A stretch of 64,000 nt of DNA, from positions 27,798 through 91,797 of the forward strand of contig JAXMNT010000008.1 in assembly GCA_034670305.1 (NCBI GenBank), in the 5' to 3' direction. A program made the translations under genes and the position numbers. Positions 9,164 to 20,795 of this stretch are shown one piece after another; positions within the stretch are counted from its first letter, which is position 1, and every line of letters begins with the position of its first letter. The notes beneath the pieces are model-generated. The model had not been told where the DNA came from. It saw nothing but the letters and a program-made list of their open reading frames with translations, and searched no databases. Origin of the DNA: Deltaproteobacteria bacterium. GTDB lineage: Bacteria > Myxococcota_A > Polyangia > Polyangiales > Houyiibacteriaceae.

Positions 9164-9676
9164 ATGCGAAGTTGGATGGTTCTCGCGCTCGTGGCGTGTG
9201 GTGGTTCGAACGAAGACGCGGTGCTCCAGCAGGAACTGGAGGCCGAAGCCGCGGCTGGCGACGAGGACACCGAAGGCGAGATCACCATGGCCGACCGGTA
9301 CCGCGCCGCGGACAGCCGGGTCTTCGAGGCTTGCTACGACGATCTCGACCACCTCGACGAACGCCACCGAGAGCGGCGCTCGCTGCGGGTGCGCCGAATC
9401 TCGGAGAGCCGGGCACAGGCTTCGACACCGACCGGCTTGGAAGTCGAGCGCGCCAGCGACAGCGAAGACGCGCCGGACGAGTTGCCGAGCAACGTCGATG
9501 CCGCTGCAAACTACCACCCGGTCGAGCAGCAGCTCATCGCGCTCGAGAACGAACTCGACGACTTTCATGCGGCGCATCCGGACGTCGACGCGTGGTCGGA
9601 CGCGGAGCTCGCACGCTACGAAGACCTCGCGGACGGACTGCATGCCCGCTGTACGGAGATGCGCAGCGCGGGGTAG
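9164..9676 (+). CDS. Acidic hypothetical lipoprotein
   Basis: Lipobox MRSWMVLALVAC|GG. 170 aa with coding-like GC3. No recognisable domain. Confidence 0.6.
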   Translation: MRSWMVLALVACGGSNEDAVLQQELEAEAAAGDEDTEGEITMADRYRAADSRVFEACYDDLDHLDERHRERRSLRVRRISESRAQASTPTGLEVERASDSEDAPDELPSNVDAAANYHPVEQQLIALENELDDFHAAHPDVDAWSDAELARYEDLADGLHARCTEMRSAG

Positions 9677-9723
9677 TTGGACGGGAGCGGTCGTCGGTCG
9701 TCGGTCGTGGGTAGCAGAACTCG

Positions 9724-9902
<179 letters not shown>

Positions 9903-9929
9903 CGCGACTCGCGCGGGCCTCGCAGCCGA

Positions 9930-10241
9930 CTACCGACTGAGCCGATACAGCATCGCGCAAACCTCATCGCAGCGTCGCTCGATCTCCTCGCCAACCTCCG
10001 CGTACCCAAACAGCCGGACCAGTCGAAGCGCCGCTTTCAGTTCGCTCGCCTCACCATACGCGATGGAGAACCGGTCCACGCTCCGCTTCCCGCGAGCGTT
10101 CTTCGCCTCCGCGCAGTTCAGAACGACGGACTGAGCCGCCCGCCGCATCTGCTCCCCAAGCGAACGGTCCCGGCGAGAAACAGCCGCCAGCACCCCGCGC
10201 AACTCACCAACGAGAACAAAAGAAGTTTCGAGAACAATCAT
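9930..10241 (-). CDS. Four-helix-bundle protein (23S rRNA intervening-sequence protein family)
   Basis: ATG verified at 10239-10241. [18 protein letters not shown]...[22 protein letters not shown]...[11 protein letters not shown] matches the family pattern. The rest of track ORF 9930..10733 is repeat-derived. Confidence 0.8.
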   Translation of the reverse strand: MIVLETSFVLVGELRGVLAAVSRRDRSLGEQMRRAAQSVVLNCAEAKNARGKRSVDRFSIAYGEASELKAALRLVRLFGYAEVGEEIERRCDEVCAMLYRLSR

Positions 10242-10320
10242 CAGAGCCTCCTCGCGCCTGGAAAGAGTGAGCAACGTTGCTCGGCGGCGCGGAGCGCCCC
10301 CGGTGGAGAGCGCAGGGCGG

Positions 10321-10371
10321 GTCAAGGGCGAAGCCAGCCTTCCGAAGGCTGGGGCCGAAGGCACCCTTGAC
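10321..10371. other. Nested inverted repeat / hairpin upstream of the four-helix-bundle gene
   Basis: Outer arms GTCAAGGG (10321-28) / CCCTTGAC (10364-71). Inner arms CCAGCCTTC (10334-42) / GAAGGCTGG (10344-52). CCGAAGG occurs four times between 10342 and 10476. Confidence 0.7.
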
Positions 10372-10489
10372 GCGACCGAGCACTCCGCCACCATGAAATT
10401 GCCGCCGAGCCAAAGCCCACCCCGAGTAGGGTGTTCCCAAAATCCGAAGGATTGAAGGGAGCCGACTTTCCGAAGGAAGAGGCTACAAG

Positions 10490-10737
10490 CTGTTGCTGTT
10501 GCTGCTGCTGACTCTGCCGCTGTCTCTGCCGCTGTCTCTGCCGCTGCCGCTGCCGCTGCCGCTGGCCGCTGCCGCTGTCGCTGCCGCTGCCGCTGTCTCT
10601 GCCACTGCCGCTGCCGCTGTCTCTGCCGCTGCCGCTGCCGCTGCCGCTGTCTCTGCCTGACTCCTGAAGGCGAGGCCGAATCCGAATCCGAATCCGAAAT
10701 CCGAAATCCGAAGCGCCGAGTCCGAAGCCGCAAAGCA
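10490..10737. repeat. Composite microsatellite, mirror image of 5556-5957: CTG-type array (CTGCCG/CTGTCT), then CCGA-core units
   Basis: On the minus strand it reads TCGG-type units followed by (CAGCGG/CAGAGA)n. It starts about 11 nt after the stop of the esterase gene at 10748. Confidence 0.95.
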
Positions 10738-10747
10738 AGCCGCTGGT

Positions 10748-11569
10748 TCAGCGAAGCAGCGCCGCGTACAGCGCGCGGTAGCCCGCCTCGTCCGGGCCGA
10801 CGTGGGCTCCGGGGTAGCGCATGAGTTGGGTTGGAATGCCCGCGTCGACGATGCGCTGGTGGCTGCGCTGCATGCCCTCGACGCGGGCGCGCTGATCACC
10901 GGTGGCGATCGCGAAGAGGGCACGGCCGTCGCGGTCGCGCAGGGTGGTGAGGGTGTCGCCGCGCGGTCGGACGCTGCACCGGCTGCCCACCATGAGGGCG
11001 CCGCGAAACAAGTCGGGCCGGCGCATCAACATCGCCCAGCTGAGGTCGCCGCCGAGCGAGAAGCCGGAGACGAAGATGCGCTCGCGGTCGACCGGGAACT
11101 GCTCGATGGCCCGCTCGATGTCCGCTGCGAGTCGGGCCTCGTAGGCATCGAGGAACTCGCGAAAGTGCGGGAGGTAGTCGCCGCGCCCGGGGCGCCCTTG
11201 CGGCAGCAGCTGAACGTAGCCGGGGAGCTCGATCACCGACGCGACGCGCTCGTAGAACTCTTCGCCGGTGCCGTTGGTGGGCGGGAGGAAAATCAACAGA
11301 GGCACCCGCTCGGTGCGCGCGACCGTTCCGTGCACCTGGATGCGTGCCGGTCGCTCGAGGAAACCTGGCCCGTCGTCCAGCACCGCGCCTTCGGGCAACG
11401 CCGCGGGCCACGAGGGCGACGCGGGCGGGTTGGCCATGGTGGTGGGATGAAGGATCGGCTCGGACGGTGAGTGGTGCGTCGGTGTGCGCGCCTCCTGCGA
11501 GTCGCCACCGCAGCCTGCGACCCATCCGATCAGCAGGGCGATCCCAACGAAACACCGTGTGGCACCCAT
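10748..11569 (-). CDS. Alpha/beta-hydrolase esterase (phospholipase/carboxylesterase-like), lipoprotein
   Basis: ATG verified at 11567-11569 (MGATRCFVGIALLIGWVAGC|GG). Nucleophile elbow FVSGFSLGGDLSW. Confidence 0.8.
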   Translation of the reverse strand: MGATRCFVGIALLIGWVAGCGGDSQEARTPTHHSPSEPILHPTTMANPPASPSWPAALPEGAVLDDGPGFLERPARIQVHGTVARTERVPLLIFLPPTNGTGEEFYERVASVIELPGYVQLLPQGRPGRGDYLPHFREFLDAYEARLAADIERAIEQFPVDRERIFVSGFSLGGDLSWAMLMRRPDLFRGALMVGSRCSVRPRGDTLTTLRDRDGRALFAIATGDQRARVEGMQRSHQRIVDAGIPTQLMRYPGAHVGPDEAGYRALYAALLR

Positions 11570-11606
11570 GCGGGAATCGTAGCAGCCACTGGCTTGAGGC
11601 ATGCCC

Positions 11607-12668
11607 TCAGGGATCGATGCGGTAGAAGCGGGCCGCGTTGTCGCGGAAGAGCGCGCGGCGATCCGACTGCGACCGGGTTGCGACCACCTCCTGAAACACG
11701 TCGACCATCTGAGCGTAGCTCAGGGACGCCTTCTCCACGGGGAAGTTGCTGGCGAACGAACATCGGTCGACGCCGAACGTGTCGATCGCGAACTCGAGGA
11801 GTGGTGCGAACGCATCGACGACTTCTGCGGTGCCGGGTGGTGAGGCCCGGCCGCCGAAGTCGAACCCGCAGATGGGCATCGCGAGACCGGACAACTTGAG
11901 TTGAACGTTCGGACAAGCGGCGACCCGCTCCATCCCATCCCGCCACCGCGCCAACACGTTGCTTCGTTCACGCGGCGTCTGCCCGACGTCGCCGTACGGA
12001 CCACCGATGCCGACCGGGCCACCCATGTGGCAGAGCATGATCGGCTGCTCGGGATACGCGCGCGCCAGTGCTGCGATCTCGCCGAGCTGGGTGTCGTAGC
12101 AGAACGCATCGAAGGAGAGCCCGAACTCCGAGAGGCACTCGAACCCGGCCCGCCATGCTGGGCTGGCGGAGCGCCCCGGCTGTGCGTTGAAGTCCATCAC
12201 GTCCCGGCTCGCATGCCACGCGAGCATGTCGCGAATGCCGCGGACGCGCGGGCTGGCATCGAGGTGCGCCTGCAGCACGGGTCGAACGTCGCGGCCGAGC
12301 GAGAGGTCCGCGTGCGCCACGATGGCTTCGACCCGTCCCCGGCCGGACGCGCGCAGCGACTCCACCCAGCGCGTCTCCCCGACCGGACCGAGCGGGCCCT
12401 TCTCTTCCCAGGACGCTTCGACGTACACCAGACCGGCGACAGGATGGTGGCCACAGTCGGCGTCGAAGTCGGCCGGCAGGTAGTTCTTCGTGGCGTGTTC
12501 AGGCGTGCGGAAGAACCGAATGGCTTCCTTCGGAAACGCGTACTTCGCCGCGAAGTTCATCACGCGCGGCGCGGACCCGAGGAGCTTCACCAGCGGCGTC
12601 ACCAGCCGCGGGTTGTTCCTCGGATCCCACAGATGCACATGCGGATCGATCATCCACGGGTCGGACAT
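11607..12668 (-). CDS. Amidohydrolase-2 family metal-dependent hydrolase
   Basis: ATG verified at 12666-12668. MSDPWMIDPHVHLWDPRNNP carries the HxH metal motif. TIM-barrel-like length of 353 aa. Confidence 0.85.
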   Translation of the reverse strand: MSDPWMIDPHVHLWDPRNNPRLVTPLVKLLGSAPRVMNFAAKYAFPKEAIRFFRTPEHATKNYLPADFDADCGHHPVAGLVYVEASWEEKGPLGPVGETRWVESLRASGRGRVEAIVAHADLSLGRDVRPVLQAHLDASPRVRGIRDMLAWHASRDVMDFNAQPGRSASPAWRAGFECLSEFGLSFDAFCYDTQLGEIAALARAYPEQPIMLCHMGGPVGIGGPYGDVGQTPRERSNVLARWRDGMERVAACPNVQLKLSGLAMPICGFDFGGRASPPGTAEVVDAFAPLLEFAIDTFGVDRCSFASNFPVEKASLSYAQMVDVFQEVVATRSQSDRRALFRDNAARFYRIDP

Positions 12669-12763
12669 GCCGCGAGGGTAGCCCACGGATGCGGCTGAAC
12701 GGGGGACAGGGTCGACCCTCGAGGGTGTGGCCCCCGACTCCGACATGTGGCACTGCCGCGCGC

Positions 12764-13174
12764 ATGAAAACACGCGTCAGCGCCTACGGACTCGCTGTCT
12801 CGGACGAGCGCATTCTACTGACCCAACTCGCAGATTTTTGTTACCGACCCCGCCACTGGACGTTGCCGGGCGGGGGGATGAAGCATGGCGAGCTTCCAGA
12901 AGACACGCTGGTTCGCGAATTTCACGAAGAGACGAGCCTCGAGGCCGGGGACCTCGACTTGTTTCACGTGCACGCCTTCTCCGAGAATGAGCGTGGGCTC
13001 TTCATGGGCGTTCAGGTCGTGTATCGGGTCAGCGCGTCGGGGGAACCACGCGTCGTCGAAGTGGGTGGGAGCACCGCGGACGTGGCCTGGGTGCCCTTTG
13101 TCGACCTCCGAAAACTCGACCGCGTTCCAGGGCTCGATGTGGTCCTCGAAAAGCTGGGGATCTCGTTGGTGTGA
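12764..13174 (+). CDS. NUDIX hydrolase
   Basis: ATG verified at 12764. Nudix box GGGMKHGELPEDTLVREFHEETSLE. Confidence 0.9.
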   Translation: MKTRVSAYGLAVSDERILLTQLADFCYRPRHWTLPGGGMKHGELPEDTLVREFHEETSLEAGDLDLFHVHAFSENERGLFMGVQVVYRVSASGEPRVVEVGGSTADVAWVPFVDLRKLDRVPGLDVVLEKLGISLV

Positions 13175-13275
13175 GGGGCGCACCGCCGAGCCGCCAGGCA
13201 AGCACAGTCCACCGATTCCCGGCCTGCTGAGCCAGCAGGCTGCTGAAGAACCCGCAGGGCGTTCTCGCAGCCTGC

Positions 13276-13466
13276 CCCTTGCCTCTGCCCTTGCCCGCGG
13301 ATCAGCGGTCAGATCGCTTGATCACCGCGACGAGCATCGCGACCTCGAGGTAGGCGAGAGCCCGTTCGATATCGGGCCTCGATGCCTCGGCCCGACGGTC
13401 CGATTCGCGGCCTCGCCGTCGCGAAACACACGGCGTCCACGACGCGGGCAAGGGCAACGGCAAGGG
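13276..13466. repeat. 24-bp inverted repeat (22/24 match) bracketing a 143-bp segment between convergent genes
   Basis: Left arm CCCTTGCCTCTGCCCTTGCCCGCG (13276-13299). Right arm CGCGGGCAAGGGCAACGGCAAGGG (13443-13466). The right arm continues as a (GGCAAS)n array to 13478. Confidence 0.85.
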
Positions 13467-13479
13467 CAACGGCAAGGGA

Positions 13480-13502
13480 GCAGGTCGCTTTTCAGCGACC
13501 TG

Positions 13503-13503
<1 letters not shown>
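13480..13503 (-). terminator. Hairpin abutting the icd stop codon (possible terminator, no U-tract)
   Basis: GCAGGTCGC-ttttca-GCGACCTGC, a 9-bp perfect stem immediately 3' of the TAG on the minus strand. Confidence 0.4.
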
Positions 13504-15770
<2,267 letters not shown>

Positions 15771-15879
15771 TCACGCACGACACCACGGCGCAAAAGCCTT
15801 CCGCCGACGATTGCGCCCTTCGCCCACCCAGAGGATCCTTTCGGCTCGGCCGAGTCCTCCCTGCGACGCGGGCCGCCAG

Positions 15880-16596
15880 TTGAAGGACGTCGTGAAGGAC
15901 TCAGAGCACACCTTGCGAATCGACCCGATCCATTCCGAGCGGGTCACGCTCGCCGACGGTTCCGAGATCGTCCTGCAGAGCGTGACCCCCGCTGCGCGCG
16001 AGTCGCTGAAGAAGGGCTTCGAGCGCATGTCGCCGGACTCCCGGTACCTTCGTTTCTTCTCCGCCCGCCCGAGCCTCAGCGATGCGGAGTTGACCTACCT
16101 GACGGAGGTCGACGGCATCGACCACGTGGCGATCGGCGCGCTTCGCGAGACCGAAGCAGGGGTCGAGGGCGTGGGGATCGCCCGCTTCGTGCGCGACCCG
16201 GATGCACCGACCTGCGCGGAACCCGCCGTCGCGGTCATCGATGCAGAGCAGGGCCGGGGCATCGGAGGCATCCTGCTCGACCGGCTCATCGCAGCCGCCG
16301 TCGAACGGGGCATCACCCACTTCAGCGCCCCCGTCCTGGCGGACAACGCCACCATGAAGAACCTCCTGGGCAGCTACGCGGGCGTGCGCTGGACGGATGG
16401 GGACGAACCGGGCGTTCGAGTGGCGCACGTGCCGCTGCGCCCCGGATTGCCGGAAGCCGAAGCCCCACCGACGGCCGCCCGGCCCAGTGCGCTGCTCAAG
16501 TCGCTCGGGTTCGCGGCCGGCAAAGTCGTCGAGTTCCCCATCGGGCGGGCCCTGTGGTCCGCGTTCACCGACGACGAGGGCGCGGACGAGGCCTAG
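15880..16596 (+). CDS. GNAT family acetyltransferase (Pat-type GNAT-like)
   Basis: MSPDSRYLRFFS... and AVIDAEQGRGIGGILLDRLIAAAVERG (acetyl-CoA binding Q/RxxGxG). There is no in-frame ATG near the domain start. TTG 15880 or GTG 15892 are the plausible starts. The 5' part of the track ORF overlaps icd and was rejected. Confidence 0.7.
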   Translation: MKDVVKDSEHTLRIDPIHSERVTLADGSEIVLQSVTPAARESLKKGFERMSPDSRYLRFFSARPSLSDAELTYLTEVDGIDHVAIGALRETEAGVEGVGIARFVRDPDAPTCAEPAVAVIDAEQGRGIGGILLDRLIAAAVERGITHFSAPVLADNATMKNLLGSYAGVRWTDGDEPGVRVAHVPLRPGLPEAEAPPTAARPSALLKSLGFAAGKVVEFPIGRALWSAFTDDEGADEA

Positions 16597-16715
16597 CCCC
16601 GCCGTTCCGGGTCCGCTGAAAACGCGACCGATCGCGCGGAACGACCATGGATCGGGACCGCCATGGAAATATCGCTGTGACGAACGGCCCGTCTCGTGTC
16701 AGGAAGGGCCCCGTC

Positions 16716-18809
16716 ATGAAGGACCTCAGCAAATACCGCAACATCGGCATCTTCGCCCACGTGGACGCCGGCAAGACCACCACCACCGAGCGCATTCTCA
16801 AGCTCACCGGCAAGATCCACAAGATCGGCGAAGTTCACGATGGCGCTGCCACGACGGACTTCATGGAGCAGGAGCAGGAGCGTGGCATCACGATCCAGTC
16901 CGCTGCCACGACGTGCTTCTGGAAAGACCACCGGCTCAACATCATCGACACCCCCGGCCACGTCGACTTCACGATCGAAGTCTACCGCTCGCTGAAGGTG
17001 CTCGACGGTGGCGTCGGCGTCTTCTGCGGAAGCGGCGGCGTCGAGCCCCAGTCGGAGACGAACTGGCGCTACGCGAACGACTCCAAGGTCTCGCGCATCA
17101 TCTACGTGAACAAACTCGACCGCCTCGGCGCGGACTTCTACCGGGTCGTCGCCCAGGTGAAGAAGATCCTCGGTGCCAAGCCGCTCGTCATGGTGCTGCC
17201 GATCGGGACCGAAGCCGACTTCGTCGGTGTCGTCGATCTGCTCACCCGCAAGGCGTACATCTGGGACGACTCCGGTCTGCCCGAGAACTTCGTCGTCGAA
17301 GACGTGCCCGCCGACATGACGGACATCGTCGAGAAGTACCGCCAGGAACTCATCGAGACCGCGATCGAAGAAGACGACGACGTGATGGAGAAGTACCTCG
17401 AAGGCGAAGAGCCCTCGGTGGACACCATCAAGGCGTGCATCCGCAAGGGCACCCGCGACCTCTCGTTCTTCCCGACCTACTGCGGCTCGTCGTTCAAGAA
17501 CAAGGGCGTGCAGCAGATCCTCGACGCCGTCGTCGACTACCTGCCCGCGCCGACCGAAGTGCCGCCGCAGCCGGAAGTCGACCTCGAGGGTGTCCCGACC
17601 GGCAAGTTCGCCAAGGTCGACAAGGACGGTCCCGTCCGCGCGCTCGCGTTCAAGATCATGGAGGACCGCTTCGGCGCCCTGACCTTCACGCGCGTCTACT
17701 CGGGCACGATCAAGAAGGGCGACACGCTCCTCAACACCGCGACGGGCAAGACCGAGCGCATCGGCCGCATGGTCGAGATGCACGCCGACGACCGGACGAT
17801 GGTCGACGAGTGCCAGGCGGGCGACATCGTCGCGATCGTCGGGCTCAAGGCGGTCCGCACCGGCCACACCCTGTGTGACCAGAAGGACCCGGCCACGCTC
17901 GAACCGATGGTCTTCCCGGCGCCGGTCATCTCGGTGGCCGTCATCCCGAAGGACAAGGCCAGCAGCGAGAAGATGAGCGTCGCGCTCGGCAAGATGGTTG
18001 CCGAGGACCCGAGCTTCCACGTCAACGTCGACGAGGAGTCCGGCGAGACGATCATCCGAGGCATGGGCGAACTCCACCTCGACATCAAGGTCGACATCTT
18101 GCGTCGTACCCACGGCGTCGAAGCCGAAGTCGGCAAGCCCCAGGTCGCCTACCGCGAGACGATCACCAAGGCGATCCAGGACAGCTACACCCACAAGAAG
18201 CAGACCGGTGGTTCGGGTCAGTACGCGAAGATCGACTACACGATCGAGCCGCTCGAGGCCGGCGAAGGCTTTGTCTTCGAGTCCAAGGTCGTCGGTGGCC
18301 GCGTGCCGAAGGAGTACATCCCTTCGGTCGAGAAGGGCTTCAAGACGATGAAGGACAAGGGGCCGCTCTGTGGCTTCCCGCTCCTCGACTTCAAGCTCAC
18401 CCTCACCGACGGTGGCTTCCACGCGGTCGACTCGTCGCAGATGGCTTTCGAGGCGGCCTCCCGCGCCGCGTTCCGCCAGAGCATGCCGAAGGCTGGTCCG
18501 CAGCTGCTCGAGCCGATCATGAAGGTCGACGTCTTCGTGCCGAGCGACAACGTCGGTGACGTCATCGGCGACCTCAACCGTCGACGCGGCATGGTCAGCG
18601 GCCAGGAGCCGGGTCACGCGAGCGTTCGGGTTAAGGCGGACGTCCCGCTCAGCGAGATGTTCGGCTACATCGGCGACCTCCGGTCCGCCACCTCCGGTCG
18701 CGGCCAGTTCTCCATGGAGTTCAGCCACTACGCACCGGTACCGGCGCACATCCTCGAGCAGGTGAAAGAGGAAGTCCGCAAGCGCGAAGAGGAGAAGGGC
18801 AAGAAGTAG
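16716..18809 (+). CDS. fusA: Elongation factor G (stand-alone paralogue, not in an rpsL-rpsG-fusA context)
   Basis: ATG verified at 16716. [28 protein letters not shown], full-length EF-G domains. Confidence 0.95.
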   Translation: MKDLSKYRNIGIFAHVDAGKTTTTERILKLTGKIHKIGEVHDGAATTDFMEQEQERGITIQSAATTCFWKDHRLNIIDTPGHVDFTIEVYRSLKVLDGGVGVFCGSGGVEPQSETNWRYANDSKVSRIIYVNKLDRLGADFYRVVAQVKKILGAKPLVMVLPIGTEADFVGVVDLLTRKAYIWDDSGLPENFVVEDVPADMTDIVEKYRQELIETAIEEDDDVMEKYLEGEEPSVDTIKACIRKGTRDLSFFPTYCGSSFKNKGVQQILDAVVDYLPAPTEVPPQPEVDLEGVPTGKFAKVDKDGPVRALAFKIMEDRFGALTFTRVYSGTIKKGDTLLNTATGKTERIGRMVEMHADDRTMVDECQAGDIVAIVGLKAVRTGHTLCDQKDPATLEPMVFPAPVISVAVIPKDKASSEKMSVALGKMVAEDPSFHVNVDEESGETIIRGMGELHLDIKVDILRRTHGVEAEVGKPQVAYRETITKAIQDSYTHKKQTGGSGQYAKIDYTIEPLEAGEGFVFESKVVGGRVPKEYIPSVEKGFKTMKDKGPLCGFPLLDFKLTLTDGGFHAVDSSQMAFEAASRAAFRQSMPKAGPQLLEPIMKVDVFVPSDNVGDVIGDLNRRRGMVSGQEPGHASVRVKADVPLSEMFGYIGDLRSATSGRGQFSMEFSHYAPVPAHILEQVKEEVRKREEEKGKK

Positions 18810-18852
18810 TTTCTTGCCTGCCCGGGCTTCGCGGCCCGGGATCAGAATTAGG

Positions 18853-18889
18853 AAGAGGGCTGCGATGATTCGCAGCCCTCTTTCGTTTT
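18853..18889. terminator. Rho-independent terminator (usable from both strands)
   Basis: AGAGGGCTGCG-atgatt-CGCAGCCCTCT followed by TTCGTTTTG. It sits between the fusA stop (18809) and the stop of the convergent small ORF (18904). Confidence 0.8.
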
Positions 18890-18903
18890 GGAGCTCTGCG
18901 CGG

Positions 18904-19056
18904 CTACTTCTTGCCCTTGGCTGCGCCCGGCTTCGCTGCTGCCGCGCCCTTGTTCTGGCTGGCCTGCTTGGCCTGGGCCTTGGACGCGCCGGCCTTCTTG
19001 GACGCGTCTTTCTGTTTCTGGCCTTTGGACTTCGACTTGGGGGATTTGTCTCCCAT
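18904..19056 (-). CDS. Small (50 aa) lysine-rich basic protein
   Basis: MGDKSPKSKSKGQKQKDASKKAGASKAQAKQASQNKGAAAAKPGAAKGKK. A GGAGG lies 4 nt upstream of the ATG (verified at 19054-19056). GC3-biased codons, with the terminator downstream. Confidence 0.55.
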   Translation of the reverse strand: MGDKSPKSKSKGQKQKDASKKAGASKAQAKQASQNKGAAAAKPGAAKGKK

Positions 19057-19148
19057 GGAACCTCCGACTCGACGACACATGCCATCGGTGCTGGGCTGCA
19101 ACATCGCAACAACGGTGCAACTTGGCCAGCACGGCGTTGTGCGCTTGC

Positions 19149-19970
19149 TCAGTTCGGCTTCACCGCGCGCAGGCCGAGCATCATCGGAAGCTCGTCGGGA
19201 GCCGAGGGCAACCGCCACATGCCGTGGTCGCCTTGGACCATGCCGTGGTGGGGCAGCGGCTCCCAGTCGCAGTCGCGGTACTCGCGGATCTGCTCCAACC
19301 GAAGCCCGGCGTCGAGGATCGCCTGAACGACCTCGCCGACCCCGTGGTTCCAGCAGTAGGACTGGCGGTTCTTCAGGTCCGCGGTCTTGTCGGCGTAGCT
19401 GCCTTCGGTGTCGTCGCCGAGCGGCTCGGCGGTCTCGAAGTAGGGGTAGCGCACCGCGAGCACGCCATCGGTGCGGGTGTCGTCGATCGTATAGAGCATC
19501 GGGTGCATCTCGCGCACGACCAAGACACCGCCCGGCTTCAGCAGAGCGCTGACGACCTGCGCCCACGTCCGGATGTCGGGGAGCCACACCAGCGCGCCGA
19601 CACCGGTCACCACCCGGTCGTAGGTCTCCCCGAGCGCGTTCACGGCGTCGTAGACATCGGCGCACTCAAAGCGCGCCTCGAGCTCGGCGCGGGCCGCGAG
19701 CGTGCGGGCCGCCGCGACCGCTTCGGGGCTGAAATCGAGCCCGGTCGCCTCGGCGCCACGGCGCGCCCACCCGAGCGTGTCGAGCCCGAAGTGACACTGC
19801 AGGTGGGCCAGGCGCAGGCCGGCGACGTCTCCCATCAGGTCGAGGTCCGCGGGTTTGAGTGGGCAGTCGCCGGCAAGAAACGCGTCGACACCGTAGAAGG
19901 CGCTGCCGACGTGGGTGGTGACGCGCTCGTCCCAGTGCAAGCGGTTGGCGCGTTTGTACTCGTCGGTCAT
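19149..19970 (-). CDS. Class I SAM-dependent methyltransferase
   Basis: [28 protein letters not shown] (motif I region) and [16 protein letters not shown]. Confidence 0.85.
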   Translation of the reverse strand: MTDEYKRANRLHWDERVTTHVGSAFYGVDAFLAGDCPLKPADLDLMGDVAGLRLAHLQCHFGLDTLGWARRGAEATGLDFSPEAVAAARTLAARAELEARFECADVYDAVNALGETYDRVVTGVGALVWLPDIRTWAQVVSALLKPGGVLVVREMHPMLYTIDDTRTDGVLAVRYPYFETAEPLGDDTEGSYADKTADLKNRQSYCWNHGVGEVVQAILDAGLRLEQIREYRDCDWEPLPHHGMVQGDHGMWRLPSAPDELPMMLGLRAVKPN

Positions 19971-20050
19971 CGAGGATGGGTGCGCACGGTCGCGCCCCGA
20001 CGCAACCGCCCGATTGCCAAACGACGCGCGATGCGCGAGACCCGGGTTCG

Positions 20051-20764
20051 ATGAGTGACGGTTCCCCTCCCCCGCTTCGGCGTCCTGTTGTTCCCGTCAT
20101 GGCCCTTCGCGACGATCCGCCGCGGGTGCTCATGATCTACGGCTCGCTCCGGGAACGTTCCTACAGTCGGCTGCTCTCGGAGGAGGCCGGGCGCATCTTG
20201 ACCGGGCTCGGCGCCGACGTGCGCTTCTTCGACCCGTCGGGGCTGCCGGTCAAAGCGCCCGAACACGAGGCCCACCCAGAGGTGGTGCGGCTGCGGGAGT
20301 GGTCGCTCTGGTCCGAAGCACACGTGTGGTGTTCGCCGGAGATGCATGGCGCCATCACCGGCGTGTTCAAGAACCAGATCGACTGGATCCCGCTCTCGAT
20401 GGGCGCGGTGCGGCCCACCCAAGGGCGCACGCTCGCGGTCATGCAAGTGTGCGGCGGTTCGCAGTCCTTCAACGTCGTGAACACGCTCCGACTGCTGGGT
20501 CGGTGGATGCGCATGTTGACCATCCCGAACCAGTCGTCCGTGGCCAAGGCGTACCAGGAGTTCCACGACGACGGCACGATGAAGGACTCGCCCTACCGAG
20601 ACCGCGTGGTCGATGTGATGGAGGAACTCTACAAGTTCACGATCCTCACGCGCGACATGCGCGACTTCTTGGTCGACCGCTACAGCGAGCGCCGCGAAGC
20701 GCTCGCGAAGCAGGCGCTCGATCCAGAGAACCCCAAACACCGGATCCCGGAAGACGGTCTGTAA
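20051..20764 (+). CDS. arsH: ArsH, NADPH-dependent FMN reductase of arsenic-resistance systems
   Basis: ATG verified at 20051. [54 protein letters not shown]. Confidence 0.9.
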   Translation: MSDGSPPPLRRPVVPVMALRDDPPRVLMIYGSLRERSYSRLLSEEAGRILTGLGADVRFFDPSGLPVKAPEHEAHPEVVRLREWSLWSEAHVWCSPEMHGAITGVFKNQIDWIPLSMGAVRPTQGRTLAVMQVCGGSQSFNVVNTLRLLGRWMRMLTIPNQSSVAKAYQEFHDDGTMKDSPYRDRVVDVMEELYKFTILTRDMRDFLVDRYSERREALAKQALDPENPKHRIPEDGL

Positions 20765-20795
20765 GACGCGCGCACGCTGGCGGACGCGGGGGCGG

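Noticed and set aside
13300-13442. Possible remnant of a second four-helix-bundle gene in the 143-bp segment enclosed by the inverted repeat (minus-strand frame reads ...PDIERALAYLEVAMLVAVIKRSDR*)
   Set aside because: It is too short, has no start, and its resemblance to the family C-terminus is weak. I could not support it by eye.
16593-19112. 839-aa minus-strand ORF
   Set aside because: It is antisense to fusA. Only its last 50 codons (18904-19056) look like a real small gene.
19149-19970. Methyltransferase next to arsH as an ArsM arsenite methyltransferase
   Set aside because: I could not find the conserved paired cysteines expected of ArsM. It looks like a generic class I SAM methyltransferase.
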